From: Vicinamibacterales bacterium
GTDB taxonomy: Bacteria > Acidobacteriota > Vicinamibacteria > Vicinamibacterales > UBA8438
NCBI GenBank assembly: GCA_965202655.1
Contig: CBDBBK010000002.1
Location: forward strand, 658,528-722,527
Direction: 5' to 3'
Length of the DNA: 64,000 bases
The notes beneath the pieces were generated by a model. That model ran no database searches. It was not told the origin of the DNA and saw only the letters and a list, made by a program, of their open reading frames with translations. The stretch's first letter is position 1, and each line of letters starts with the position of its first letter. A program made the translations under genes and the position numbers. This document shows positions 56,052-64,000 of this stretch, piece by piece.

Positions 56052-57374
56052 TCAGGCGTCGCCCGTCTTCGCGTCACGCAGGAAGTCGATGAGCAGCCGC
56101 GCCGTTTCCTCCGGCTGTTCCTGTTGCACCCAGTGGCCCGCGCCGTCGATGAAATGAACGCCCCGCATGTCGGTGCAGGCCGACTCCTGCATCCGCTCCA
56201 GCGAACCGGGCCGCTGGTACGCGCCCCAGTCGCTGGTCCCGGCGATGAACATCGACGGGATGTCGATGGTGCGGCCGGCGAAGGTGCGCGACTCTTCCGA
56301 GAAGACGCCCGAGCGGTACCACTGCAGGCCCCCCTGGAATCCGGTCCTCCCGAACTCCTCGCTGTACACGCTCAGCTCGCGCTCGGGCAGCCACGTGTTG
56401 GCGGCGATCTCGGCCGCCGTCGGCATCTCCCGGGCGACCGTCTCGGCCATCGTCATGTCGAGGTCCATGATGTAGTAGGTGGGCATCTTCGCCACCTCGG
56501 TCGCGGTCCATCCGGCCAGGCGATACGGCCGGTTCTCCTCCCAGTCGGCGCTCTTGTGGTGGTAGTAGGCGCGAAGGAAGTCGTGCACGCCCTGCGGTGC
56601 GCGCCACATGTCGGGGTTCGCGTCGCGCGTCGTGTAGTAGCGCTGGTAGTGCTTGCGCGGGCGACCGAGGCGCGCCATCTCCGCGTGGATGTCCGGCTCG
56701 GCCGGAGCCGGTGGGCGCGGGTTGTCGGCGGTGTCGAACGGAAAGCTCGGGGTGCCGCCGAACGGCGCGCTCATCAGCGCGACGGCGCCGAAGATGTCGG
56801 GGCGGGTGACGGCGCACCAGGCGGCGATCGGCGATCCGAAGTCGTGGCCGATCACGGCGTCGACCGTTCGGTAGCCGAGCGCGGAGACGAGCGCGAGGGC
56901 GTCGCGGACCACGTTCAGTCGGCTGTAGGACCGGAGATCGCCGTCATAGTCGGGGTCCCAGCCGGTGGTCCGGCCGTAGCCCCGCTGATCCGGCGCCACG
57001 ACGTGGTAGCCGGCCTCCGCGAGGGGAACGAGCACGTGACGCCAGCTATAGGCAAGCTCCGGAAAGCCGTGCAGGAGGAGCAGCAGCGGCCGGCGGTTCG
57101 CCGCATCGTGTCCTGCCTCGAGCAGGTGCATGTCGAGCCCGTGGACGTCCGCGACGAATCGGGAGCGGACGCCGTCGGGCAGGACGCTGGAGTCGTACGG
57201 GCCGACCGGATCGGTCTGGGCCGTGGCTTCCAGGGATGCCCGGGCGCGTCCCGGGGCGGCCGCGTGCAGCGCCGCGCCGCCGAGCAGCGCGCCCGCGCCG
57301 CGCAGCAGGTCCCGGCGCGTGACGCGCGCAGCCGGCGTGGCCGGGGAGGTAGCGGAAAGTGGGGATCCGGTCAT
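56052..57374 (-). CDS. alpha/beta hydrolase, epoxide hydrolase-like, Tat signal
   Basis: 440 aa. RRDLLRGAGALLGGAAL twin-arginine leader, HGFPELAYSWRH, and nucleophile elbow GHDFGS. Confidence 0.8.
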   Translation of the reverse strand: MTGSPLSATSPATPAARVTRRDLLRGAGALLGGAALHAAAPGRARASLEATAQTDPVGPYDSSVLPDGVRSRFVADVHGLDMHLLEAGHDAANRRPLLLLLHGFPELAYSWRHVLVPLAEAGYHVVAPDQRGYGRTTGWDPDYDGDLRSYSRLNVVRDALALVSALGYRTVDAVIGHDFGSPIAAWCAVTRPDIFGAVALMSAPFGGTPSFPFDTADNPRPPAPAEPDIHAEMARLGRPRKHYQRYYTTRDANPDMWRAPQGVHDFLRAYYHHKSADWEENRPYRLAGWTATEVAKMPTYYIMDLDMTMAETVAREMPTAAEIAANTWLPERELSVYSEEFGRTGFQGGLQWYRSGVFSEESRTFAGRTIDIPSMFIAGTSDWGAYQRPGSLERMQESACTDMRGVHFIDGAGHWVQQEQPEETARLLIDFLRDAKTGDA

Positions 57375-57407
57375 CTCAACCTCTCAATGCGGGTGGCAGG
57401 CCGCCTA

Positions 57408-58139
57408 TCATCGCGACAACTCGCCGCGATCGAGCATCGCGACGAGGGCGTCGGCGCGCGCCAGCGAACCATTCTGGCGCAACAGGTCCATCCGGTCGAA
57501 ACGGCTCATGCCGAGGAACTGGGCGAGGCCGTCGACCAGCGCCTCGTCCGGCAGGTCCTCGGGCGTCGGCGTGTCGCCCGCGTCGTCCAGCGCGAGCAGC
57601 TCCAGCAGCAGGGGACGGTGCCGGCGCAGCGGGCCGCGCTCGTCTTCGGCGACGGGTTCCGGAATCGCCACGACGTCGGCCATCCGGTACAGCCGGCTCT
57701 GGTCTTCCGACGTGACGCGGAACTTCGTGATGCCGCGCAGCACGATGTTGTACCGGCCGTCGGACAGCTCTTCGACGTCGGCGATTACGCCCGCGGTGCC
57801 GAGTTCGTAAATCGGCGGATTCCCCTCGTACTCGTCCTCGTAGCCCGGCCGGAGCATGACCATGCCGATGATCCGGTCGCCGGCGAGCGCATCGGCCACC
57901 ATCCGGCGGTAGCGCGGCTCGAAAATGTGGAGCGGCCGCGACGCGCGCGGGAAGAGCATGACGTCTTCCAGCGGGAAGATGGGGATCGCCGGGGGGAGAT
58001 CGGCCGCCACCGGCGTGGCCTGGGATCCCGCCCCACCGGCAAGCGCCGCCATGGAGGGCGCGGAGAGGAGGCCGAGCGCGACCACCACGGCCAGTATCGC
58101 CCGTCGGGTCGACCCGGTGCCCCGCATCGCCCCTATCAT
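57408..58139 (-). CDS. LON substrate-binding (Lon N-terminal) domain protein
   Basis: IPIFPLEDVMLFPRASRPLHIFEPRYRRMV is the Lon-N/PUA-like start. The annotated ORF carries about 50 extra N-terminal residues with a hydrophobic, signal-like stretch, so the true start is uncertain. Confidence 0.7.
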   Translation of the reverse strand: MIGAMRGTGSTRRAILAVVVALGLLSAPSMAALAGGAGSQATPVAADLPPAIPIFPLEDVMLFPRASRPLHIFEPRYRRMVADALAGDRIIGMVMLRPGYEDEYEGNPPIYELGTAGVIADVEELSDGRYNIVLRGITKFRVTSEDQSRLYRMADVVAIPEPVAEDERGPLRRHRPLLLELLALDDAGDTPTPEDLPDEALVDGLAQFLGMSRFDRMDLLRQNGSLARADALVAMLDRGELSR

Positions 58140-58150
58140 ATGCCCCGGGG

Positions 58151-59308
58151 TCAGCCGGCCTCGGCGAGGATCTTCAGGTACGCGTCGTAGGCAAAGATGC
58201 GGTTCCGCGCGCCGACGCTGATCTGGCGCGTGATTCCCATGCCGTTCAGCAGCTCGATCGCGTTGGCGGCGGCGGGGAAAGAGATTTCCGCTTCCGCCCG
58301 GAGGAGCGGAATCGAAACGACCGGCCGCGCAATCAGCGCCTCGTGCACGCGCGCGGCCGACCGGCCGCGGCGGCCCGCCTCGCCGATGCGCTGCCGATCC
58401 GCGGCGAAGCGATCCGTCAGCCGTCCGGCCAGTACGACCGCGCCGTCAGCCGCCGCGCGGACGCCTTCGAGAAAGTACTCGAGCCAGGCTTCCCAGTTGC
58501 CGGTCCGGGTGACGGTGTTCAGCAGGTCGTAATACGCCATCCGGTGACGGTAGAGATACGCGCTGAGCGGGAGGACCGCGTCGCGCAGCAGGTTGAGTTC
58601 GTGCAGCATCAACGTGACGAGCAGGCGCCCCACCCGGCCGTTGCCGTCCAGAAACGGGTGAATCGACTCGAACTGCGCGTGGGCCAGGGCGGCCCGCGCG
58701 AGCAGCGGCAGGCGCTCGTCGGCGGCATGCACGAACCGTTCGAGCGCCGCCATGCAGTTCTCCACTTCCGCCGGCGGCGGCGGAACATAGCGTGCGCTGA
58801 GGGGATGCGGCCCGCCGATCCAGTTCTGGGCCCGCCGAAACGCGCCCGGCATCTTCTTCTGTCCGCGCGGGCTGTCGAGCAGGAGCGCGTGCATCTCCCG
58901 CAGCAGCCGGTTCGACAGCGGCTGATCCTGCTGCAGCCGATCGAGGCCCTGCTCGATCGCCTGCACATGGTTCGCCACTTCCAGCACGTCGTCACCGGTC
59001 GACGACGACGGGCCGTCCACCTCGACCTTCAGCAGGGTCTCCATCGACACGTCGATGCCCTCGATGTGCGACGAGCCGATCGCTTCCTGCCGGACGCAGG
59101 CGTAGCGCAGGGCTTGCGCGTGCGGGTGGGTGGCGGCGCCGACGGCGTCGAGCCGGCCGATGGCGGTCGCTGCCGCTTCCAGGGCGCGCGGAACCCCGCC
59201 GTCGATCGCGAGGGCCGGCGCGGGCGGCAGCGGAGCGGGAACGAACGCCCGGACTTCCTCCCCTTCGACCTGCACGACGGCGTAGCCGCCGGTGGTGCTG
59301 CGTTGCAT
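58151..59308 (-). CDS. Fic family protein (AMPylator-type motif)
   Basis: 385 aa. Fic core HPFLDGNGRVGR (HxFx[DE]GNGRxxR), an N-terminal SSHIEG matching the inhibitory [ST]xxxE[GN] motif, and a C-terminal winged-helix-like tail. Confidence 0.88.
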   Translation of the reverse strand: MQRSTTGGYAVVQVEGEEVRAFVPAPLPPAPALAIDGGVPRALEAAATAIGRLDAVGAATHPHAQALRYACVRQEAIGSSHIEGIDVSMETLLKVEVDGPSSSTGDDVLEVANHVQAIEQGLDRLQQDQPLSNRLLREMHALLLDSPRGQKKMPGAFRRAQNWIGGPHPLSARYVPPPPAEVENCMAALERFVHAADERLPLLARAALAHAQFESIHPFLDGNGRVGRLLVTLMLHELNLLRDAVLPLSAYLYRHRMAYYDLLNTVTRTGNWEAWLEYFLEGVRAAADGAVVLAGRLTDRFAADRQRIGEAGRRGRSAARVHEALIARPVVSIPLLRAEAEISFPAAANAIELLNGMGITRQISVGARNRIFAYDAYLKILAEAG

Positions 59309-59439
59309 AGGAACGGACTCCTTATTAAGATGTGCAAGCTAGGGTTATGGTATGGCCCTCAAAAACCGCCCTGCATATTAAGGGCAACGCCACCAGATGT
59401 TAACATATGGTATCTGGGCATCCGGAGGACGAAGAAGGC

Positions 59440-60246
59440 ATGACTACTCTTCGATGGGCCACGGCAGCGACCGTGCTGGCGCTGGTGCTGGGGACCGCGT
59501 CCACGGCTTCGGCGCAGACGGAGTTCCACTACCAGTTCGGCCGCCTCGTGAACCCGTTCGCAACGCCGCAGGCAACCACGGCGACGACCCATATCCTGAC
59601 GCTGCAGCAGGCTTCCACCTGGAAGGGAGGCGACAGCTTCTTCTTCGCCGACATCATCGAGGACGTGGGCATCGATGGTTTCAACGAGGTGGAAATCTAT
59701 AGCGAGTGGTACCCCACCCTGAGCTTCTCGAAAGTCTCCGGTTCCACCGTGGGCGCAGGGCCGATCCGGGACGTCGCGCTGATCGGCGGCATCAACATCG
59801 ACGCGGACGCGAACTTCCTGAAGTTCCTTCCCGGGGTCCGGCTGTCCTGGAACGTTCCCGGCTTCGTGTTCCTGAACACCGATATCACGGCGTTCCTCGA
59901 CGGCAACCCCGGCATGGCCAGCGGCGTCGCCAAGACGACCCACACCTACATGTTCGACATCAACTGGCTCTCCGTCTTCAGCATCGGGAACCAGTCGTTC
60001 AACTTCATGGGGCACGCGGAGTACATCGGTCCGACCACCATCACCGAGGACGTGCCGTTCAACCGCAATGTGAACGGCTGGATCCTGGCCCAGCCGCAGT
60101 TCGTGTGGGATCTGGGCAACGCCGTCGGCGGCGCCCCCGCGGCCAACCAGATCTTCGTCGGCATCGAGTATCAGTACTGGCGGAACAAGCTGGGCGCCGC
60201 TGCGGACGAAAACACCGTGCAGTTCCTCGCGGTGTGGCGGATGTAG
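59440..60246 (+). CDS. Tsx-like outer-membrane channel protein
   Basis: 268 aa. Signal peptide (TASTASAQ). The pattern FFFADIIED...EIYSEWYPTLSFSK ... FVGIEYQYWRNKLG ... VQFLAVWRM resembles nucleoside-specific channel Tsx family members. Confidence 0.6.
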   Translation: MTTLRWATAATVLALVLGTASTASAQTEFHYQFGRLVNPFATPQATTATTHILTLQQASTWKGGDSFFFADIIEDVGIDGFNEVEIYSEWYPTLSFSKVSGSTVGAGPIRDVALIGGINIDADANFLKFLPGVRLSWNVPGFVFLNTDITAFLDGNPGMASGVAKTTHTYMFDINWLSVFSIGNQSFNFMGHAEYIGPTTITEDVPFNRNVNGWILAQPQFVWDLGNAVGGAPAANQIFVGIEYQYWRNKLGAAADENTVQFLAVWRM

Positions 60247-60364
60247 CCGTGGCGGGAGCGGCCGCCGCCGCGGGACTGGCGACCGCCGTGACAGGCAGTG
60301 GCCGCCTCGGCGTTCCGCAGCCTGCGATCAAATATAGTAGTTTCATGCCTTGGGGAGTGGTGGA

Positions 60365-62890
60365 ATGACTGACGCAGCAGTTGGCACGGCGGCGGCGCCG
60401 ATTGCGGTAGGGGAATCGTCACCGAGGCTCCGGCTTGCCGTCCGCGGCTTCCTGGCGGCGGCGCTCCTGCTCACGCTCACCATCACCGCCACGTCGACGA
60501 CGCAGCTCTACAACACCGCCACCGCCCTCCGCCAGGAGGCGGAAGCATCGGCCGTCAACCTGTCGGAACTGCTTGCCGCGAGCTTCGCCGAGATCGGGGA
60601 GATCTCGCTCGCCAACGTGGCGCGCACGCTCGATGTGACGCTCGACGGGCAGATGACGGCGCAGGCGCGCCTGACGGCGAACATGGTGGCCGCGGCGGAA
60701 GCGGCCGGCATGTCGCCGCCGGAGGTCATTGCCCTGCTCGACAGCGTCGTCGCCCAGACGGTGCTCGACGAGTTCTGGATCACCGACGAGTCGGCGTTCG
60801 CGTACCTCACGAACGTGCGCGACCCGGAGGGCGAGCTGGTTCCGTTCGCCTTCGATCCGGATCCGACGGTGCAGCCCCAGGCGTCGAAGTTCTATGTCCT
60901 GCTCGCGTCGCCGCTCGACGGCGGCGACGTCATCACGCAGCCCCACCAGGTGCGCGAGATCGATCAGCAGGTCTACAAGTACGTCGGCGTCGGCGGAGTC
61001 GACAAGCCGCGCATCGTGCAGGTCGGCAACGCGCTCAACTTCGGTGAACAGGAGATCCTGACCAACGTCTACGCCTCGCAGCGCGCCGACGTTTCGGCGG
61101 TCATCGAGGGGATCCTGGGCCAGCAGATGGTGGCGCAGGCGACGATCCTGGACCGGTTCATCTACTCGGCCGAACTGGCGGAGTGGGACCGCGGCGAGAT
61201 CGAGGAGCGACTGCGCCGCATCGTCGACACGACGGTCATCGGCGAGATCCGGGTCACGGACCACTCGGGCGCCATCCGGTACAGCAGCCTGTCCGCCGCG
61301 CTGGCCGAGGGTCCGCTGCCCCACGATGCGGAACTGGGGCTCCTGCGTGACGGGACCGAACGGATCGCGGAGCATGCCGCGGGGCCGCGGCCCGCCGATG
61401 GCGCCGCATTCAAGTACGTCACGATTGCCGGACAGGACACGCCGCAGTTCGTGCAGGTCGGTCTGCCGATCGAAGGGAGTGACGGCAACCTCCTGTATTC
61501 GGTCTACCAGAGTGACGCGGACGTGTACGTCCGCTCGCGCAACCTGGAGGCGCTCTGGGTAGTCAACCTCAACCGCGAGATCGCCGCCGCGGCGCCGCGG
61601 CCGGGAATGCAGACCGACGGAAGCGTCACCGATGCACGCGCCGTCTACGGTCAGCGGGCCGAAGCCGTCATGGCGCAGGCGATGGACGAGGGCCGCGTCG
61701 TGAGCGAGGCCACTCTGGCCCTGCTGTCGCCTGCCGACCGCGGACTCTGGGTCGCCTCGCCGATCATCAACGCCGGCGGGATCCAGATCGGCGGTCTGGC
61801 GATCGCCGTCAGTCTGGATGAAATCGTCGAGACGGTGTTCGCCGAGGTGTTCAGCACCACCCTCATCGCGCTGGTGCTGCTCGGCGGCGCCGGGGCCGGA
61901 GCGCTCTGGGGAACGCGCTGGCTTACCCGTCCGATCGAGGTCATTGCCGACGCCGCGCGGGAAGTGGAGTCGGGCCGTCCCCCCGACAAGGGCGCGATGC
62001 GTGAGGTCGTTCAACGACAGGACGAGTTGGGAAGCCTGGCGCGTGTCTTCAACGACATGACGGTGCAGGTCTTCATGCGTGAGGAGCAGCTCGAGACGCT
62101 CGTCTCCGAGCGGACGCAGGAGTTGCAGACGAGCAACCAGCAGTTGCGTCTCGCCCAGGACGCGATGGAGCAGGACCTCGAGATGGCGAAGGTCGTGCAG
62201 CACGCCCTGGTGCGGGAAGGGAACGTCGAACTGGACGCCTTCTTCGCCACCGCCCGCATGACGCCGGCGCAGGCGGTGGGCGGCGACCTCGTCGACATGG
62301 TGGAGTTGCCCAACTCGCGTTTCTGTCTCGTGCTCGGCGACGTCTCCGGCAAGGGGGTGGCGGCGTCGCTGTTCATGGCGGCCGCGCATTCCGCGATCAA
62401 GACCGCCACGTCCAAGCATGACGATGCCGGCGCGGTCGTCGCCGAAGCGAACAACCGGCTCTGCAGCCAGAACCCGATGGGCTTCTTCGTGACCGGCGTC
62501 GTCGCGCTCGTCGACCTGAAAGCCAACACGGTCGACTACGTCTGCGCCGGCCACGACTCGCCGGTCGTTGTCGACCAGGACGGCGCGTGCCGGGTGATCG
62601 ACGCAACCGGCGGCCTCGCGATGGGCGTGATGGACGGCATGGACTACGACAGCCGCCGGATCACGCTGCAGCCGGGCGAGACGCTCTTCCTCTTTACCGA
62701 TGGCCTGACCGACGCGGTGAATCTTCAGGGCGACCTGTACGGCAAGGAACGGCTGGATCAGACCTTCGTGGAAGCGGCCGCCCTTGCTCCCGAAGCCCTG
62801 ATCGATCACGTGTGGCGGCGGATAGCGGACTTCTCGGCCGGCGCGCCGGTCGTGGACGACATGACCTGCCTCGTCCTCAAGCGCATGTAA
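60365..62890 (+). CDS. membrane sensor PP2C/SpoIIE-type serine phosphatase with HAMP (RsbU-like)
   Basis: 841 aa from the ATG at 60365, with GGGGAG upstream. The order is TM, an extracytoplasmic region of about 470 aa, TM, HAMP (LTRPIEVIADAAREV...LARVFNDM), a coiled coil, then the SpoIIE domain (VGGDLVD...LGDVSGKGVAASLFM ... DDMTCLVLK). Confidence 0.85.
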   Translation: MTDAAVGTAAAPIAVGESSPRLRLAVRGFLAAALLLTLTITATSTTQLYNTATALRQEAEASAVNLSELLAASFAEIGEISLANVARTLDVTLDGQMTAQARLTANMVAAAEAAGMSPPEVIALLDSVVAQTVLDEFWITDESAFAYLTNVRDPEGELVPFAFDPDPTVQPQASKFYVLLASPLDGGDVITQPHQVREIDQQVYKYVGVGGVDKPRIVQVGNALNFGEQEILTNVYASQRADVSAVIEGILGQQMVAQATILDRFIYSAELAEWDRGEIEERLRRIVDTTVIGEIRVTDHSGAIRYSSLSAALAEGPLPHDAELGLLRDGTERIAEHAAGPRPADGAAFKYVTIAGQDTPQFVQVGLPIEGSDGNLLYSVYQSDADVYVRSRNLEALWVVNLNREIAAAAPRPGMQTDGSVTDARAVYGQRAEAVMAQAMDEGRVVSEATLALLSPADRGLWVASPIINAGGIQIGGLAIAVSLDEIVETVFAEVFSTTLIALVLLGGAGAGALWGTRWLTRPIEVIADAAREVESGRPPDKGAMREVVQRQDELGSLARVFNDMTVQVFMREEQLETLVSERTQELQTSNQQLRLAQDAMEQDLEMAKVVQHALVREGNVELDAFFATARMTPAQAVGGDLVDMVELPNSRFCLVLGDVSGKGVAASLFMAAAHSAIKTATSKHDDAGAVVAEANNRLCSQNPMGFFVTGVVALVDLKANTVDYVCAGHDSPVVVDQDGACRVIDATGGLAMGVMDGMDYDSRRITLQPGETLFLFTDGLTDAVNLQGDLYGKERLDQTFVEAAALAPEALIDHVWRRIADFSAGAPVVDDMTCLVLKRM

Positions 62891-62909
62891 GTCATGCTAG
62901 GATTTGCGG

Positions 62910-63341
62910 ATGCCTGACGACGTGCTGCACATCTCAATGGTGCCGCGCGTGACCGAGTTGCAGAACCTGTCACGCAAGGTGGAGGAGTACGGTGACGCTC
63001 AGGGGCTGCCGGAGCCGACGGTGTTCGTCATCAATCTGGCCCTGGACGAACTGATCACCAACTCCGTGATGCATGGGTTCAACGGTGTCGGGCATCCCCG
63101 CATCGACATCATCCTGCGGGTTGAGGACGATAGCCTGTTGCTGACGGTTCAGGACAACGGAGCGCCGTTCGATCCCACCGATGACACGAAGCCCGATTTG
63201 GATTCCGCGCTCGAGGAACGCCGGATTGGCGGGTTGGGGCTGCACCTGGTGAAGAGCTTCGCCAACCGGATCCACTACGAGTACGTGGATGGCAAGAACT
63301 GCCTGACGCTTGAGCATGACTTACAGCGGACGTCGGAATAG
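62910..63341 (+). CDS. anti-sigma-factor-type serine kinase (RsbW/SpoIIAB-like, HATPase_c_2)
   Basis: 143 aa. N-box ELITNSVMHG and G-boxes DNGAPFD / GGLGLHLV. Confidence 0.85.
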   Translation: MPDDVLHISMVPRVTELQNLSRKVEEYGDAQGLPEPTVFVINLALDELITNSVMHGFNGVGHPRIDIILRVEDDSLLLTVQDNGAPFDPTDDTKPDLDSALEERRIGGLGLHLVKSFANRIHYEYVDGKNCLTLEHDLQRTSE

Positions 63342-63391
63342 TCCGTGGGGCTGACGGCGCCGTTACCGAACGGAGTTCCGAGGATTGATTG

Positions 63392-63730
63392 ATGAACATT
63401 GAAGTGGCAGAGGAACGGGATGGCGCGGCGTTGGTGCTGCTGCCGGTCGGCCGTCTGGACAGCGCGAACGCCCGCTCGTTCGAGTCAGTGGTGATGGAAC
63501 GCATCGCTGGCGGTGAACAGGCCCTCATCGTCGATTTCAGCCGCCTGACCTTCATCAGCAGTTCCGGGATGCGCGTACTCCTGATCGCCGCGAAGAAGCT
63601 GCAGGCGACCAACGGCAAGCTGATCCTGTGCGAGATGAAGGACCACATCGAAGAGGTGTTCCGGATCAGCGGCTTCGACCAGATCATCCCGATCAAGGGA
63701 TCGCGCGCGGAAGCCAGCGAAACCGCCTGA
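63392..63730 (+). CDS. STAS-domain anti-sigma-factor antagonist (RsbV/SpoIIAA-like)
   Basis: 112 aa. The conserved phosphorylatable Ser context is FISSSGMRVLL. Confidence 0.85.
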   Translation: MNIEVAEERDGAALVLLPVGRLDSANARSFESVVMERIAGGEQALIVDFSRLTFISSSGMRVLLIAAKKLQATNGKLILCEMKDHIEEVFRISGFDQIIPIKGSRAEASETA

Positions 63731-63789
63731 TCGCCTGATCGGGCAGGGGGCCGGGTCACCGACCCCACCGGTTCAGCGAACCCGCCGCT

Positions 63790-64000
63790 TCATCGAACCG
63801 GGGCTCCGTCCATCTCGTACCCCACGTAGGCGTTCATCACGAGGCCGTGGAACGTCCGATACTCGGCCTGAAGTGTGCGCAGGCGCGCGTTGCGGGCGTC
63901 GAGGGCCGACCCGGCCGGCCAGTCGTTCCGGATCGCCGCGCTCATCCGCGACGCGAGTTGCCGCGCGTCGGCTGTAGGTCCCGGACCGATCGGAAGCGCG
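63790..64000 (-). CDS. hypothetical protein, C-terminal fragment (the gene continues beyond the window end)
   Basis: Hand translation of the minus strand gives ...DARQLASRMSAAIRNDWPAGSALDARNARLRTLQAEYRTFHGLVMNAYVGYEMDGAPVR with stop TGA at 63792-63790. Composition is plausible but I recognise no family. Confidence 0.35.
   Translation of the reverse strand, partial: ALPIGPGPTADARQLASRMSAAIRNDWPAGSALDARNARLRTLQAEYRTFHGLVMNAYVGYEMDGAPVR

Overview
High-G+C bacterial chromosomal segment, G+C judged by eye and not computed. Gene content (an ADOP-type duplicated permease, a PQQ beta-propeller, DUF4159, many Sec/Tat-exported hydrolases) hints at an Acidobacteriota- or Gemmatimonadota-like organism, which cannot be verified here. 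I saw no rRNA, tRNA, CRISPR array, transposase or integrase.

Layout:
(1) 1-10.9 kb, minus strand: nitrogen assimilation block LysR - gltB - gltD - GAF/sigma-54 activator - glnK - amtB. It carries three sigma-54-type -24/-12 promoter candidates and a four-fold repeated TACA-N4-TGTA motif.
(2) 10.9-20.2 kb: assimilatory sulfate reduction in two minus-strand operons (tauE-like - cysH - cysG - sir - unknown ORF, and sat/cysC - DUF4202). They are separated by a plus-strand endostatin-like secreted protein.
(3) 20.4-25.4 kb: miscellaneous genes (exported hypothetical, serine hydrolase, BASS transporter, SDR, pterin dehydratase, MOSC).
(4) 25.4-43.6 kb: 13 tightly packed plus-strand genes, namely a LuxE/PaaK-like adenylating enzyme, DUF4399, a LuxC/ALDH-like protein, a MacB-type ABC system, a crotonase, an ADOP permease, oligopeptidase B, a PQQ propeller, DUF3311 plus an SSS symporter, a GT-C-like membrane protein and DUF547.
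(5) 43.6-44.6 kb: a visibly lower-GC single-gene NYN-domain islet.
(6) 44.7-59.3 kb: mostly exported enzymes, enolase next to a Tat-signal enolase-superfamily protein, NIPSNAP-like proteins, a metzincin, an epoxide hydrolase and a Fic protein.
(7) 59.4-63.7 kb: a Tsx-like porin and an orphan RsbU/RsbW/RsbV-type partner-switching module.

The most interesting signal is a candidate leader-peptide transcription attenuator ahead of the first sulfate-reduction operon. It has six consecutive Cys codons, a strong intrinsic terminator and alternative pairings.

Many very long ORFs in the supplied track are antisense shadow ORFs typical of high-GC DNA and were not called.
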